64,000 bases of DNA from Bacillota bacterium (GCA_023415235.1 JAEZLP010000030.1:65-64064); one strand, 5' to 3'; positions 36,142 through 45,829 are shown, counted from the stretch's first letter. The notes: generated by a model from the sequence alone, not told the origin. Numbers and translations: made by a program.

Positions 36142-36672
36142 ATGAAGGTTTTAGAATTATTGGACGAGATCGAAGAAATCGTGGATACGAGCTCCGGATT
36201 TCCGCTGACCGGTAAAATCCTGGTTGACGCCGAGGAAATTCTGGAGATCGTAAAGGAAATAAGAGTTGAACTGCCGGATGAAATCCAGCAGGCTCAATGG
36301 ATCAAGGATGAAAGGCAGAGAATCCTTGAGGAAGCAAAGCGGGAATATGAAACAATCCTAAAAGATGCAAAGGTGCAAGCGGAAGCATTGATTGAAAACG
36401 ATGATATTACAGTAAAAGCAAAAATGCGCGCCGATGAAATCATCCGGGTTGCCGAAGCCAATGTGAAAGCGCTGAAACTGAGCACCTTTGATTACATAGA
36501 CAGCATCCTCTACAATTTCCAGGATAAGATGGACCAGCTGAATTCCGTGTATTTTCATGATATGTTCTCAAATCTGCAGAATACCTTTGAAAAGATCAAC
36601 AGCACCATTGCAGACAACCGCAACGAGATCAAGGAAATGGTTTACAGGGCTCAGATTGAGAACAATGACTGA
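36142..36672 (+). CDS. Conserved coiled-coil protein of unknown function
   Basis: Strong RBS (AGGGAGGAG). The sequence is Glu/Lys-rich and helical (EEAKREYETILKDAKVQAEALIE). It lies in the conserved coaD-ylbJ neighbourhood. Confidence 0.55.
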   Translation: MKVLELLDEIEEIVDTSSGFPLTGKILVDAEEILEIVKEIRVELPDEIQQAQWIKDERQRILEEAKREYETILKDAKVQAEALIENDDITVKAKMRADEIIRVAEANVKALKLSTFDYIDSILYNFQDKMDQLNSVYFHDMFSNLQNTFEKINSTIADNRNEIKEMVYRAQIENND

Positions 36673-36730
36673 TGTAAAATATCACCGTTCTTTCAGTCAT
36701 AATACTCCTTTGTATTTAATATGATGGAGT

Positions 36731-37891
36731 ATGAAAAGGATCAGAAAAAGAAAAACAGTTTACATATTGGCCGGTGCACTGTCCTGCATCGGCTGTTTGG
36801 TAATGATGGCATTTCCGTCCATCGCCCTGAACGCCGCACGAAGAGGCATCGCCTTGTGGGCAAGCTCTGTTTTGCCTGCACTGCTGCCTTTTTTTATTTG
36901 CGCCAATTTTATGAGCGCCCTGGGCTTGCCGGCATATATCGGAAGGATCTTTGAGAAACCATTTCAGAAAATGTTCCGGGCGCCGGGCGTTTCTGCCTTT
37001 ATCTTTTCCGTAAGTATCACATCAGGGTATCCGATGGGCGCAAAGCTGATCGGTGATTTCGGCAGAGACGGAGCCATTACCCAAAATGACGCGAAAAGAA
37101 TGCTGACCTTCTGCAGCACCTCCGGACCGCTTTTCATGCTGGGGGCGGTAGGGGCGGGAATGCTGGCTTCTCCGGCCGCAGGAGCCGTTATCGCGCTGTC
37201 GCATTACCTTGGGGCGCTTTTAAACGGGCTTCTTTACAGGCCCTTCGGCAAAGTGAGCCTAAAACCGCCGAAGGAATTGCCTGCCCGGACTCATTTAAGC
37301 AGAGGGACCCTGCTGGATTTGTTCACGGATTCCATAATCACCTCGTTTCGCGCCTTGGGAATCATCTGCGGATACATCGTGCTGTTTATGCTGATCTCTG
37401 ATTTTATTCAGTTCTCCGGGATTTTAAACTCCCTGGACGCCCAATGGAGCCGAGGCTTCCTCAAGGGCTGTCTGGAAATGACCGTTGGGTGCAATGACGT
37501 TGCAGACAGTGAAGAGCTATCTCTTTTAGAACAGTGTATAATCTGCTCCTTTCTGATATCCTTCGGAGGCTTGTCCGTTTATGCCCAGTCCATGAGCATG
37601 CTGGCGGGCTTGAATATCAGCAGTTCTTACTATCTGGTCACGAAAACGACCCATGGAGTCCTGGCATCCCTGATTGCCCGGCTGATCGGGCCAACGATGC
37701 TGTCGGGACGGACAGTATTCGCAGGAACATTTGGAAAAGAAGAGCTGATAAACGGATTGGGCTTTTTTTATCAATTGTTATTTTCAACCAAAATGGTTAT
37801 AATGATTGTGTTCTTGTTCCTTGCCACAATATTGGCGGATAAAACAATACGTTGGATGAAAGGCCGGTCAGAATCTGGAGACAATAAGTAA
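36731..37891 (+). CDS. ylbJ: Sporulation integral membrane protein YlbJ (nucleoside-recognition-domain family)
   Basis: Polytopic membrane protein with AARRGIALWASSVLPALLPFFI. Synteny with rsmD-coaD matches B. subtilis ylbH-ylbI-ylbJ. Confidence 0.7.
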   Translation: MKRIRKRKTVYILAGALSCIGCLVMMAFPSIALNAARRGIALWASSVLPALLPFFICANFMSALGLPAYIGRIFEKPFQKMFRAPGVSAFIFSVSITSGYPMGAKLIGDFGRDGAITQNDAKRMLTFCSTSGPLFMLGAVGAGMLASPAAGAVIALSHYLGALLNGLLYRPFGKVSLKPPKELPARTHLSRGTLLDLFTDSIITSFRALGIICGYIVLFMLISDFIQFSGILNSLDAQWSRGFLKGCLEMTVGCNDVADSEELSLLEQCIICSFLISFGGLSVYAQSMSMLAGLNISSSYYLVTKTTHGVLASLIARLIGPTMLSGRTVFAGTFGKEELINGLGFFYQLLFSTKMVIMIVFLFLATILADKTIRWMKGRSESGDNK

Positions 37892-37905
37892 CGATAGGAG
37901 AATCC

Positions 37906-39150
37906 ATGAGAGTTTTAGGGATCATTGCGGAATACAATCCGTTTCATAACGGCCATTTGTACCATTTACGGGAATCGGTACGAATCATTGAGCCGGACTT
38001 CGCAGTCTGTGTCATGAGCGGAAATTTCACACAGCGCGGAGAGCCTGCTATGGCTGATAAATGGTTCAGAGCAGCCGCAGCAATCGAAAACGGAATTGAT
38101 CTGGTCATTGAGCTGCCCTTTGTTTTTGCATGCAACAATGCGGAGTTTTTCGCGGCCGGGGCGGTGGATATCCTCAACCGGCTTGGCTGCGTGACCCATT
38201 TGTCCTTCGGGAGCGAATCGGGGGATCTGTCTTCGCTGACAAAGGCTGCAGAGTGCCTTTCCTGCGAGGACGATGAGCTGAAGGCGGGAATCAAGGAATT
38301 TGCAGATCATGGCTTATCCTTTCCCAAAGCCAGATATGAAGCGGTAAAAAAATACAAAGGGGATTCCGTTTCCGAGGTGCTGAAGAGCGCCAACAATATT
38401 CTTGCCGTGGAGTATCTGAAGCAGCTTCTCCGCACAGAAAGCAAAATCGAACCGGTTACCGTGAAACGATATGGGACAGGCTATCATGATAAGGGTTCCT
38501 TTGAGGACATTGCCAGTGCAACAGCCATCCGTCATAAATTAAAAAACTCAGGGGACAAGCCCCAGGAAGCCATTTTTAAGGAGGTTTCCGAATTCATTCC
38601 AGTCCCGACATTTCAAGTTTTGAATCATATTAATAAAGGTGTTAATGTGACATTTAACGACTTTTATCGACTTCTTGTATATCGAATCCTCACCAGTGAA
38701 GCCGAACATCTGGGAACCATCCTCTCGGCGACGGAAGGACTGGAAAACAGAATGAAAAAGGCAGCGTCCGAATCGGTGGATATGGAATCCCTGATTCAGG
38801 CTGTGCTGTCCAAACGCTATACCAATACCAGGATCCAGCGTTTATTGACTCATACGCTGATCGGCCTGGACAAGGAGAGTTTTCGGGAGATATGGGAAAA
38901 CCGGATCAATTACGCGCGAGTATTGGGCTTCAGCAAAAAGGGCGCCGCTCTTTTGAAAAGAATAAAAAAAGAAGAGAGGAGCAGTATTCCGGTATTGACC
39001 AATATCAACCGCGAGGTTTCACGGGACTCCTCGGAATGGAAGCTGATGAAATATGATATTACAGCTTCTGATATTTATAATCTGACTGCATATGGGGAAA
39101 TCTATACTCATTCGGACTTTGTTATGAAGCCATACGGGAAATTTGACTGA
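37906..39150 (+). CDS. tmcAL: tRNA(Met) cytidine acetate ligase (YlbM / UPF0348 nucleotidyltransferase)
   Basis: GIIAEYNPFHNGHLYHL and MSGNFTQRGEPA motifs. RBS AGGAGA. Confidence 0.8.
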   Translation: MRVLGIIAEYNPFHNGHLYHLRESVRIIEPDFAVCVMSGNFTQRGEPAMADKWFRAAAAIENGIDLVIELPFVFACNNAEFFAAGAVDILNRLGCVTHLSFGSESGDLSSLTKAAECLSCEDDELKAGIKEFADHGLSFPKARYEAVKKYKGDSVSEVLKSANNILAVEYLKQLLRTESKIEPVTVKRYGTGYHDKGSFEDIASATAIRHKLKNSGDKPQEAIFKEVSEFIPVPTFQVLNHINKGVNVTFNDFYRLLVYRILTSEAEHLGTILSATEGLENRMKKAASESVDMESLIQAVLSKRYTNTRIQRLLTHTLIGLDKESFREIWENRINYARVLGFSKKGAALLKRIKKEERSSIPVLTNINREVSRDSSEWKLMKYDITASDIYNLTAYGEIYTHSDFVMKPYGKFD

Positions 39151-39174
39151 CGATTGTGAAATTGTCCAAATCCC

Positions 39175-39202
39175 TTGAAAAAAACTTCGATTCGTCTATA
39201 AT
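39175..39202 (+). promoter_or_regulatory. Sigma-A promoter of ackA
   Basis: TTGAAA, a 16-nt spacer, then TATAAT. Confidence 0.5.
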
Positions 39203-39237
39203 GAATATGTTGATTAAATTTAATGGAGGACTTTTGA

Positions 39238-40446
39238 ATGAAAGTATTAGTAATTAACTGCGGCAGTTCATCATTGAAGTATCAGGTGCTGGATATGACG
39301 AACGAAACGCTTTTAGCAAAAGGACTTGTGGAAAGAATCGGCCTTGAAGGCTCTTTTCTGACCCATGAGAAGATCGGATTAGACAAATTTAGACTGGAAC
39401 AACCAATGGCAAACCACAAGGATGCCATCGGTCACGTGCTTGATGCTTTGGTTGACGCAGATCACGGAGTGGTAGACTCTATGGATGAAATCGGTGCGGT
39501 TGGACACCGAGTCGTTCATGCGGGGGAAAAGTACGCATCTTCCGTGCTTATCAACCAGGACGTGATCGACGCGCTGGAAGAGTGCGTGGATTTGGCTCCG
39601 CTTCACAATCCACCGAATCTTTTAGGAATCGCTGCCTGCCAGGAGCTTATGCCGAATACGCCTATGGTAGGAGTATTCGATACGGCGTTCCATCAGACAA
39701 TGCCTCCTGAATCATACATCTATGCGATCCCGTATGAATACTATGAAAAGTACAAGATCAGAAGATATGGATTCCACGGAACGAGCCATAAATACGTTGC
39801 CGAAAGAACAGCTGACATCCTTGGCGTTAACATCGAAGACCTGAAGATCATCACTTGCCATCTCGGAAACGGCGCCAGCGTAACCGCCATAAAAAGAGGG
39901 AAATCCATCGACACCAGCATGGGCTTTACTCCCCTTGAGGGCCTCGTAATGGGAACCAGATCCGGCGATATCGACCCGGCCATCGTTTCCTTCATCAGAG
40001 ATAAGGAAAACCTGGCCCACGGCGAAGCCACCAACATCTTGAACAAGAAATCCGGCGTACTGGGTATTTCAGGCGTCAGCAGCGATTTTAGAGATCTGGA
40101 AGTCGCAGTAGCGGATGGAAATGAGAGAGCTGCTCTTGCGTTGAAAGTGTTTGCTCACAGGGTGAGACACTATATCGGCGCTTATATTGCAGAAATGAAC
40201 GGCGTTGACGCGATCGTATTCACTGCAGGAGTTGGTGAAAATGACGTCAATATGAGAGACATCATCTGCAGCGAGCTCGGAAATCTTGGAATCAAGCTGG
40301 ATCTTGTCAAGAACAAGGTAAGAGGCAAGGAAACCATTATCAGCAGAGATGATTCCAAGGTAAAGATCCTGCTTGTTCCGACCAACGAAGAACTGATGAT
40401 AGCAAGGGATACTTACAATATCGTAAAATACGGTAAAGTAAAATAA
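39238..40446 (+). CDS. ackA: Acetate kinase
   Basis: [24 protein letters not shown]-like (HRVVHAGE), [17 protein letters not shown] and VFTAGVGEN. Confidence 0.95.
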   Translation: MKVLVINCGSSSLKYQVLDMTNETLLAKGLVERIGLEGSFLTHEKIGLDKFRLEQPMANHKDAIGHVLDALVDADHGVVDSMDEIGAVGHRVVHAGEKYASSVLINQDVIDALEECVDLAPLHNPPNLLGIAACQELMPNTPMVGVFDTAFHQTMPPESYIYAIPYEYYEKYKIRRYGFHGTSHKYVAERTADILGVNIEDLKIITCHLGNGASVTAIKRGKSIDTSMGFTPLEGLVMGTRSGDIDPAIVSFIRDKENLAHGEATNILNKKSGVLGISGVSSDFRDLEVAVADGNERAALALKVFAHRVRHYIGAYIAEMNGVDAIVFTAGVGENDVNMRDIICSELGNLGIKLDLVKNKVRGKETIISRDDSKVKILLVPTNEELMIARDTYNIVKYGKVK

Positions 40447-40544
40447 ATGTTGACAACAGCAGATACTGCATATATAATTTAGAAGTTAGTTTTATGAAAA
40501 CGACATACTTGAAAGATTAAACGAGGAGAAGGAGGTGTAGAATA

Positions 40545-40727
40545 ATGGCAGTTCCAAAGAGAAAAACATCAAAAGCGAGAAGAGACAAGAGAAGATCTCC
40601 GAATATGAAGATGGCAGCACCTGGATTATCAATTTGTCCTAAGTGCCACGAGCCTAAGCTTCCTCATAGAGTATGCCCGAATTGCAATTACTACGACGGT
40701 AAGGAAATAGTTGCCGCAGAAGCATAA
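40545..40727 (+). CDS. rpmF: 50S ribosomal protein L32
   Basis: [18 protein letters not shown] and a CPKC...CPNC zinc ribbon. RBS GAAGGAGGTG. Confidence 0.95.
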   Translation: MAVPKRKTSKARRDKRRSPNMKMAAPGLSICPKCHEPKLPHRVCPNCNYYDGKEIVAAEA

Positions 40728-40736
40728 AAAAGATCA

Positions 40737-40762
40737 AACGCCAGCATCCGCTGGCGTTTTTT
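40737..40762 (+). terminator. Rho-independent terminator of rpmF
   Basis: Stem aaacgccagc / gctggcgttt followed by a T-run. Confidence 0.85.
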
Positions 40763-40852
40763 ACTTTTACTATGTAGAAATTACTATCCAGGAAATATCG
40801 TTGTAAAAGATACTAACGGAATAACAAAGGATATCTATCCAGAATTAAGAAT

Positions 40853-40880
40853 AAACGCCAGATCGGCGTTTGTTTTTTTA
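40853..40880 (+). terminator. Second terminator-like hairpin with a related stem
   Basis: Stem aaacgcc / ggcgttt with a 5-nt loop, followed by tgttttttt. Confidence 0.45.
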
Positions 40881-40915
40881 TGAGTTTACAGCCTTTTTTT
40901 TAGCTTCATCCGCTG

Positions 40916-41515
40916 TTATTTTCGTACGATATATTCCGTCTCATTGATCATCAGACTGATATACCGAACCATTTCATCGATCGGAATGGGAGTATCGTTT
41001 TCCAGCCACCAGATTGCTGCGGAAAGCAATGCGCCGGAATAGAACTCCGCAATGATGGGACAAGGAATCGTATGATGATAGCCCAGCTTCTCATTGTCAA
41101 GCAGCTTTGACTCGATGAGGTGGCTGACGGAACGATGAAGCATTAGAGACGCAGAATTGTTGCCGGCTCTCAGGATCCCCGTCAAGAGCAGCTCCTTGTT
41201 ATCAGCCATATATTTCAGGGATTTACGGATCAAACCCATATAATAGTCTTTCATGCTGCTGCCGGAGTTCAGCTGATATCCGTCTCCTTCGAAATTACGG
41301 ATCAATTCTTTCACGCAGAAATCAAGAAGGTGATACTTGTCTTCAAAATGCTTATAAAAGGTAGTTCTATGCACCATTGCCCGCTCGCAAATATCCGTCA
41401 CAAAGATTTCTTCAAATGACTTTTCGAGCAGCAGCGACAGAAGCGCTTGTGAGAGAAGACTGTAGGTTCTCCTTACCCTCAAATCCATCCTTTTTTTATC
41501 ATCTGAATTTTTCAT
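40916..41515 (-). CDS. TetR/AcrR family transcriptional regulator
   Basis: N-terminal HTH region FEEIFVTDICERAMVHRTTFYKHFEDKY. Divergent from the HlyD/ABC-2 genes. Confidence 0.85.
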   Translation of the reverse strand: MKNSDDKKRMDLRVRRTYSLLSQALLSLLLEKSFEEIFVTDICERAMVHRTTFYKHFEDKYHLLDFCVKELIRNFEGDGYQLNSGSSMKDYYMGLIRKSLKYMADNKELLLTGILRAGNNSASLMLHRSVSHLIESKLLDNEKLGYHHTIPCPIIAEFYSGALLSAAIWWLENDTPIPIDEMVRYISLMINETEYIVRK

Positions 41516-41560
41516 GTTCCATCATCCTTTCAAAATTTACTGCGACATATTTTGGTAAAC

Positions 41561-41582
41561 GTAGAATAATCTACAGATGTAG
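41561..41582. promoter_or_regulatory. Overlapping short palindromes (candidate TetR operator)
   Basis: gtaga-ataa-tctac and ctaca-ga-tgtag overlap within the divergent intergenic region. Confidence 0.2.
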
Positions 41583-41668
41583 GGTTTTTGATTCTTGAAG
41601 TATTTACAGCCGTATTATATATTATAAATGCACTAATGTAAAGATAATCGTCACATGTAGAAAAGTAG

Positions 41669-42649
41669 GTGAAGACAAACAAAATGAATATTATAAAGAA
41701 TCATAAAAATTTGATCATCATTATTGCGGTGATAGCGGCTATTTGTCTGGTTTTTGCACTGTCAAAGGGTAATTTCGGAAAGAGCGGGGATCTCATTGTC
41801 CAGGGTAACATCAAGACGGTAGAAATTGATTTAAATTCAAAAATCTCAGGCAACATCGATCAGATTCTTGTGGAAGAAGGGCAGGAAGTAAAAAAGGGAG
41901 ACACCCTCATCATAATATCCAGCGAAACCATCGAGGCGAAGAAACAGCAGGCCGAGGCAGCGAAAGCAGCAGCGGAAGCGCAGTATAACAAAGCGCTGAA
42001 CGGCGCCAGAAGCGGAGAGGTTGCCCAAGCAAAGGCAGCCTATGATCTGGCGGAAAAAACATATCAGAGAATGAAGACTCTCTATGAGGAGGGGGCCATA
42101 TCGGCCAGTACATACGACCAGACCTTAGCCCAATATGCTGCTGCTAAAGAGACCTATGAAATGGCGGTACAGGGAGCCAGAGAAGAGGATAAGGCGGCGG
42201 CGGAAGCGCTGGTCAATCAGGCGAAAGCAGCCATGGAAGAGATTCAGACCTATCTGAACGACACCGAGATCAAAGCCCCTATGGACGGTACCGTTACTTC
42301 GCTTAACGTGAATATAGGAGAGCTGGTATCCACCGGAATGCCTCTTGCAACCCTGACCGGAAACGAAAAGCCGTACGTTGAGATCAATGTGAAAGAAACG
42401 GATCTTGGAATGGTACAGATGGGAGCCGAAGTTGAAATAACCATGGTGGCATACCCGGATGAAGTCTTTCAGGGAAAGATCGTAAATGTAAATCAAAAGC
42501 CGGATTTTGCCACAAAGAGAGCAACCAATGACAACGGGGATTTCGATGTGTTATCCTATGGAGTCAAGATTGAACTGGCGCAGACAGATAAGACGATCTA
42601 TCCGGGAATGACGGTGCTGGTCAATCTTGGAAGCTCCCGGGAAAAATAG
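41669..42649 (+). CDS. HlyD-family membrane fusion / periplasmic adaptor protein
   Basis: N-terminal TM anchor, a lipoyl/barrel region (VKKGDTLIII, IKAPMDGTVTSLNV) and a long Ala/Glu/Lys coiled coil. The start is ambiguous between the GTG at 41669 and the ATG at 41684. Confidence 0.8.
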   Translation: MKTNKMNIIKNHKNLIIIIAVIAAICLVFALSKGNFGKSGDLIVQGNIKTVEIDLNSKISGNIDQILVEEGQEVKKGDTLIIISSETIEAKKQQAEAAKAAAEAQYNKALNGARSGEVAQAKAAYDLAEKTYQRMKTLYEEGAISASTYDQTLAQYAAAKETYEMAVQGAREEDKAAAEALVNQAKAAMEEIQTYLNDTEIKAPMDGTVTSLNVNIGELVSTGMPLATLTGNEKPYVEINVKETDLGMVQMGAEVEITMVAYPDEVFQGKIVNVNQKPDFATKRATNDNGDFDVLSYGVKIELAQTDKTIYPGMTVLVNLGSSREK

Positions 42650-42651
42650 TC

Positions 42652-43752
42652 ATGAACAGGCAGACTAATTTAGTGAAATTCTTTTATTTTTATAAAAAGA
42701 AGCATCCAAAACGAGTGATGGTCTTCCTCGTTTTTATTGTTATACCCCTGGTTACCGGTTTGATCCTGGGATATGAAATGAGCGGTGACGTTGCTTCGAA
42801 TATTCCGACTGTGGTCGTGGACCATGACAACTCTGACTTCAGCCGCACCTTCCTTGAATACGTTGACGAAAGCGATTATTTTGATGTTATCGAGTATGCT
42901 GATCGTGACGAACGGGTGGAAGAAATGTTGTACAAGCAGGAAGCCTATGTGGGCGTAATTATTCCGGAAAACCTGTACAGTGATATGAAAGAAGGGAAAG
43001 CCCCACAGATACTCACGGTATATGACGGCTCAACCCTGATCGTCATATCATCGGCCCGATCGGCCATGTCAGAAATCCTGCTTACGGTCAAGACTGCCTT
43101 TATGATCAATATTTACGAAGGAAAACTGGGAGTGGTGCCGGCAGATGTGATGAATCACGCGCTTCCTATTGATGTTACATATCGCATGCTTTTCAATCCG
43201 GCCAGAAACTATAGAAACTTTCTCCTGCCCGGTATGCTGGCAGGCTTGATCCAGGTCGGCATTGTTTGCATGGGCGCGGAACGGGCCGGTGAAATGAGGG
43301 ATGGCAGGATCCCTTTCTCTGCCCATTTAAAAACGATTTGTTGTTGGGGAGGGCTGGGGGCGACCTCGATGTTTCTCGCATTACTGGAGCAGTACCTGTT
43401 GTTTGGGATTCCATACAAAGGCACATTGGCAGGAGGGGTCATCCTTACCTTTCTTTTCTCCACAGTGATAACGGGTATGGGATATCTCGTCGGATCTGTG
43501 ATTACCGATAGGACTCTGGCATCACAGATTTCCGCTGTGGTAGTACTTCCTACGACCATCCTGGGAGGCTATACCTGGCCGATGCTGGCAATGCCTGCTT
43601 TCTTTCAACAACTGGTTAAATACTTCCCTTTACCTATTATGGTGAGGCCGTTCGCGACCTTTGTCTCAAGCCGCTGCAATTTCATCATTTGCTTCCGGCA
43701 ATTTCGGCGATGTGCATCTTTGCGGCCGTCGAACTGGGAGTGCTTTACGTGA
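42652..43752 (+). CDS. ABC-2 type transporter permease; the 3' end appears frameshifted (see findings)
   Basis: N-terminal TM helix, a large extracytoplasmic domain (PTVVVDHDNSDFSR...) and a C-terminal TM bundle. After about 43623-43631 the conserved tail continues in another frame and ends at 43778. Confidence 0.7.
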   Translation: MNRQTNLVKFFYFYKKKHPKRVMVFLVFIVIPLVTGLILGYEMSGDVASNIPTVVVDHDNSDFSRTFLEYVDESDYFDVIEYADRDERVEEMLYKQEAYVGVIIPENLYSDMKEGKAPQILTVYDGSTLIVISSARSAMSEILLTVKTAFMINIYEGKLGVVPADVMNHALPIDVTYRMLFNPARNYRNFLLPGMLAGLIQVGIVCMGAERAGEMRDGRIPFSAHLKTICCWGGLGATSMFLALLEQYLLFGIPYKGTLAGGVILTFLFSTVITGMGYLVGSVITDRTLASQISAVVVLPTTILGGYTWPMLAMPAFFQQLVKYFPLPIMVRPFATFVSSRCNFIICFRQFRRCASLRPSNWECFT

Positions 43753-43774
43753 TCAAGCGCAAGGGGGTGACAGC

Positions 43775-44929
43775 ATGAAATTCCTTGTGCAGCTGATTCA
43801 GAAATATAAGCCGCTGATTATCCTTGTGATTGTCCCGATCGGCTTTACTGCCATTTTCGGGGCGGCAATGAGTCCCGTTTTCGTGGATGAGATACCGATT
43901 GCAGTGCTGGATATGGATGGATCCAGCGCCTCGAGAGAAATTATCGAGGATTTCTATACCTGTTCCGGCTTTGATATTGTAAAAGCAGTCGATTCTGTAG
44001 AGGAGATGAGAGAGGATATCCTGATGGGGACCGTAAAAGGCGGTCTGATCATCCCGGAGAATTATGGTAGGGATATTGCCGGAAATAAAGGAACCAAGGC
44101 TTTAATGATGATTGACGGATCAAACTTTATGATCGGAAACAATCTGATGTTGTATACAAATAGCATATTTAATGAAAAAAGTTACGAACTGCAGGTATCA
44201 TATATGGAAGGAGTAGGGATCAACCCGTATTATTCCGAGCAGAATATCAGCACGCTGAAGCTTGCGGACAGAACGATGTATAATCCCCAGACTGGATATT
44301 TTTATTACCTGTTCCCCGGGCTTCTGGGCGTTTTCATCCAGCAGACCTATCTGAGCGTTCTGACGCCGGTACTGTTGAATGAAAAAGATCGACTCAAGCA
44401 TCTGCCCCTCGATCGTGCCTCGCGAAGAATACGGGCGGGAGAAATCGTCCCGCAGATCTTCCGGATAGCCGGTCTGTCGTTTATCGGCTCACTTCCATCT
44501 ATGCTGGTTGCTCATTGGTTTTTCGCATATCCTCTGGAGGGAAGCCTGATTTTGATTCTATCCCTTCAAGTGATTTTTTTAGCCTGCCTCACAGGGATGG
44601 CCTTTATACTGGCGGCGATCTTTGACGATGAGACCCATTGTACGGAGTTCGTCATGTTTATGGCGATCCCTACGATGCTGTCATGCGGATATGGCTGGCC
44701 TGAATTTATGATGGCGCCAGGTTTTGCCAGCGTGGTAAAGGTGATCTGGCCGCTCTATTACTACAACAATCCGCTGAAGGAGCTGCTGCTGAAGGGAGCG
44801 GAGCTTTCCGCCATCGGTCACTATGCGGCAGGAGGACTGCTCTTTGCGGCTTTTTGGGTACCGGCGGGATTGTGGATCTACCGACAAAAAATCAGGACAA
44901 TGAAGCAAATCGAGAGGATAGGGGAATAA
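43775..44929 (+). CDS. ABC-2 type transporter permease (second paralogue)
   Basis: Same architecture as the first permease (IPIAVLDMDGSSASREI..., C-terminal TM bundle). The ATG at 43775 follows AAGGGGGTGA and forms an ATGA overlap with the corrected end of the upstream permease. Confidence 0.85.
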   Translation: MKFLVQLIQKYKPLIILVIVPIGFTAIFGAAMSPVFVDEIPIAVLDMDGSSASREIIEDFYTCSGFDIVKAVDSVEEMREDILMGTVKGGLIIPENYGRDIAGNKGTKALMMIDGSNFMIGNNLMLYTNSIFNEKSYELQVSYMEGVGINPYYSEQNISTLKLADRTMYNPQTGYFYYLFPGLLGVFIQQTYLSVLTPVLLNEKDRLKHLPLDRASRRIRAGEIVPQIFRIAGLSFIGSLPSMLVAHWFFAYPLEGSLILILSLQVIFLACLTGMAFILAAIFDDETHCTEFVMFMAIPTMLSCGYGWPEFMMAPGFASVVKVIWPLYYYNNPLKELLLKGAELSAIGHYAAGGLLFAAFWVPAGLWIYRQKIRTMKQIERIGE

Positions 44930-45007
44930 TAAATCAAGAAGATATAGGAGATACTAATTAAGCAGATATAAGAACAACAAATTAAGTAGACTGAGAAGCA
45001 TTAAAAT

Positions 45008-45045
45008 GAGGATAACCGGGACCGGTTATCCTCAAATCTTTTTTC
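45008..45045. terminator. Terminator between the convergent permease and dapB genes
   Basis: 12-bp stem gaggataaccgg / ccggttatcctc followed by aaatctttttt. Confidence 0.8.
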
Positions 45046-45076
45046 CGGATGGATGTTATTGGAAAACTCAACGGAT

Positions 45077-45829
45077 TCAGATCATGTCCTCCATGCTATA
45101 GAGCCCGCTCGACTTGTTGACGATAAATTTTGCGGCCTTCAACGCCCCGTGTGCGAAGACGTCACGGGAATAAACCGTATGGGTGAGCTCGATGACTTCA
45201 TCGGGTCCCGCAAAGATGACGGTATGCTCGCCGGGAATACTTCCGCCCCGAACCGAATGGATGCCCAGATCGGTGATCCTGCACTGATCATTTTTGCTAT
45301 GTCGGCCGAACACGAAGTCCTTCTTTTGAGAAGCTGATTCATTGATGGAATTGGCTAGAAGAAGGGCGGTCCCGCTGGGTGAGTCTATCTTTCTGTTGTG
45401 ATGCTTCTCAACAATTTCGATATTGAAGTCTTCCTCCAGTATCGGTACTGCGGCTTTCAGCATTTTAGAGAGGACGTTGATTCCGAGTGACATATTTGCG
45501 GAATGAAATACCGGGATCTCCTCCGAAGCTTTCCAGATCAATTCCAGTTCTCTGTCTCCAAGACCAGTCGTAGCAATCACGACGGGAATTTTCGCCCTCA
45601 CACAATAAGTAAGCAGGTCCTCGATCGCATCATGCCTCGAAAAATCAATCACCACGTCGGCCTTAGTCTCGCAGTCCAAAGGAGACATGTACAGCTTGAA
45701 TGGCACTGGTTCGCTCCCCACATTGAGATCGATACCGGCAATGACACATAGCTCGGAATCCTGTGCAATGATATTCTGCAGCGTTTTACCCATTTTTCCG
45801 TTGCAGCCGTGCAAGATGATATTTAACAT
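45077..45829 (-). CDS. dapB: 4-hydroxy-tetrahydrodipicolinate reductase
   Basis: GCNGKMG dinucleotide-binding motif, EKHHNRKIDSPSGTA and HSVRGGSIPGEH. The ATG at 45829 follows AGGAGG. Confidence 0.9.
   Translation of the reverse strand: MLNIILHGCNGKMGKTLQNIIAQDSELCVIAGIDLNVGSEPVPFKLYMSPLDCETKADVVIDFSRHDAIEDLLTYCVRAKIPVVIATTGLGDRELELIWKASEEIPVFHSANMSLGINVLSKMLKAAVPILEEDFNIEIVEKHHNRKIDSPSGTALLLANSINESASQKKDFVFGRHSKNDQCRITDLGIHSVRGGSIPGEHTVIFAGPDEVIELTHTVYSRDVFAHGALKAAKFIVNKSSGLYSMEDMI

Noticed and set aside
36721-36954. 77-aa ORF in an alternative frame at the start of ylbJ
   Set aside because: It overlaps the ylbJ reading frame, which encodes a coherent polytopic membrane protein. The alternative frame gives an Arg/Cys-rich product.
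39151-39175. cre (CcpA) site upstream of the ackA promoter (tgtgaaattgtcca)
   Set aside because: It has the outer TG...CA symmetry but lacks the central CG of the cre consensus. The match is not better than chance in AT-rich DNA.
44940-44988. Imperfect 24-bp direct repeat (agatata...aattaag, twice) downstream of the second permease
   Set aside because: Only about 18 of 24 positions match in AT-rich DNA. The repeat has no associated ORF or symmetry, so it is probably chance.
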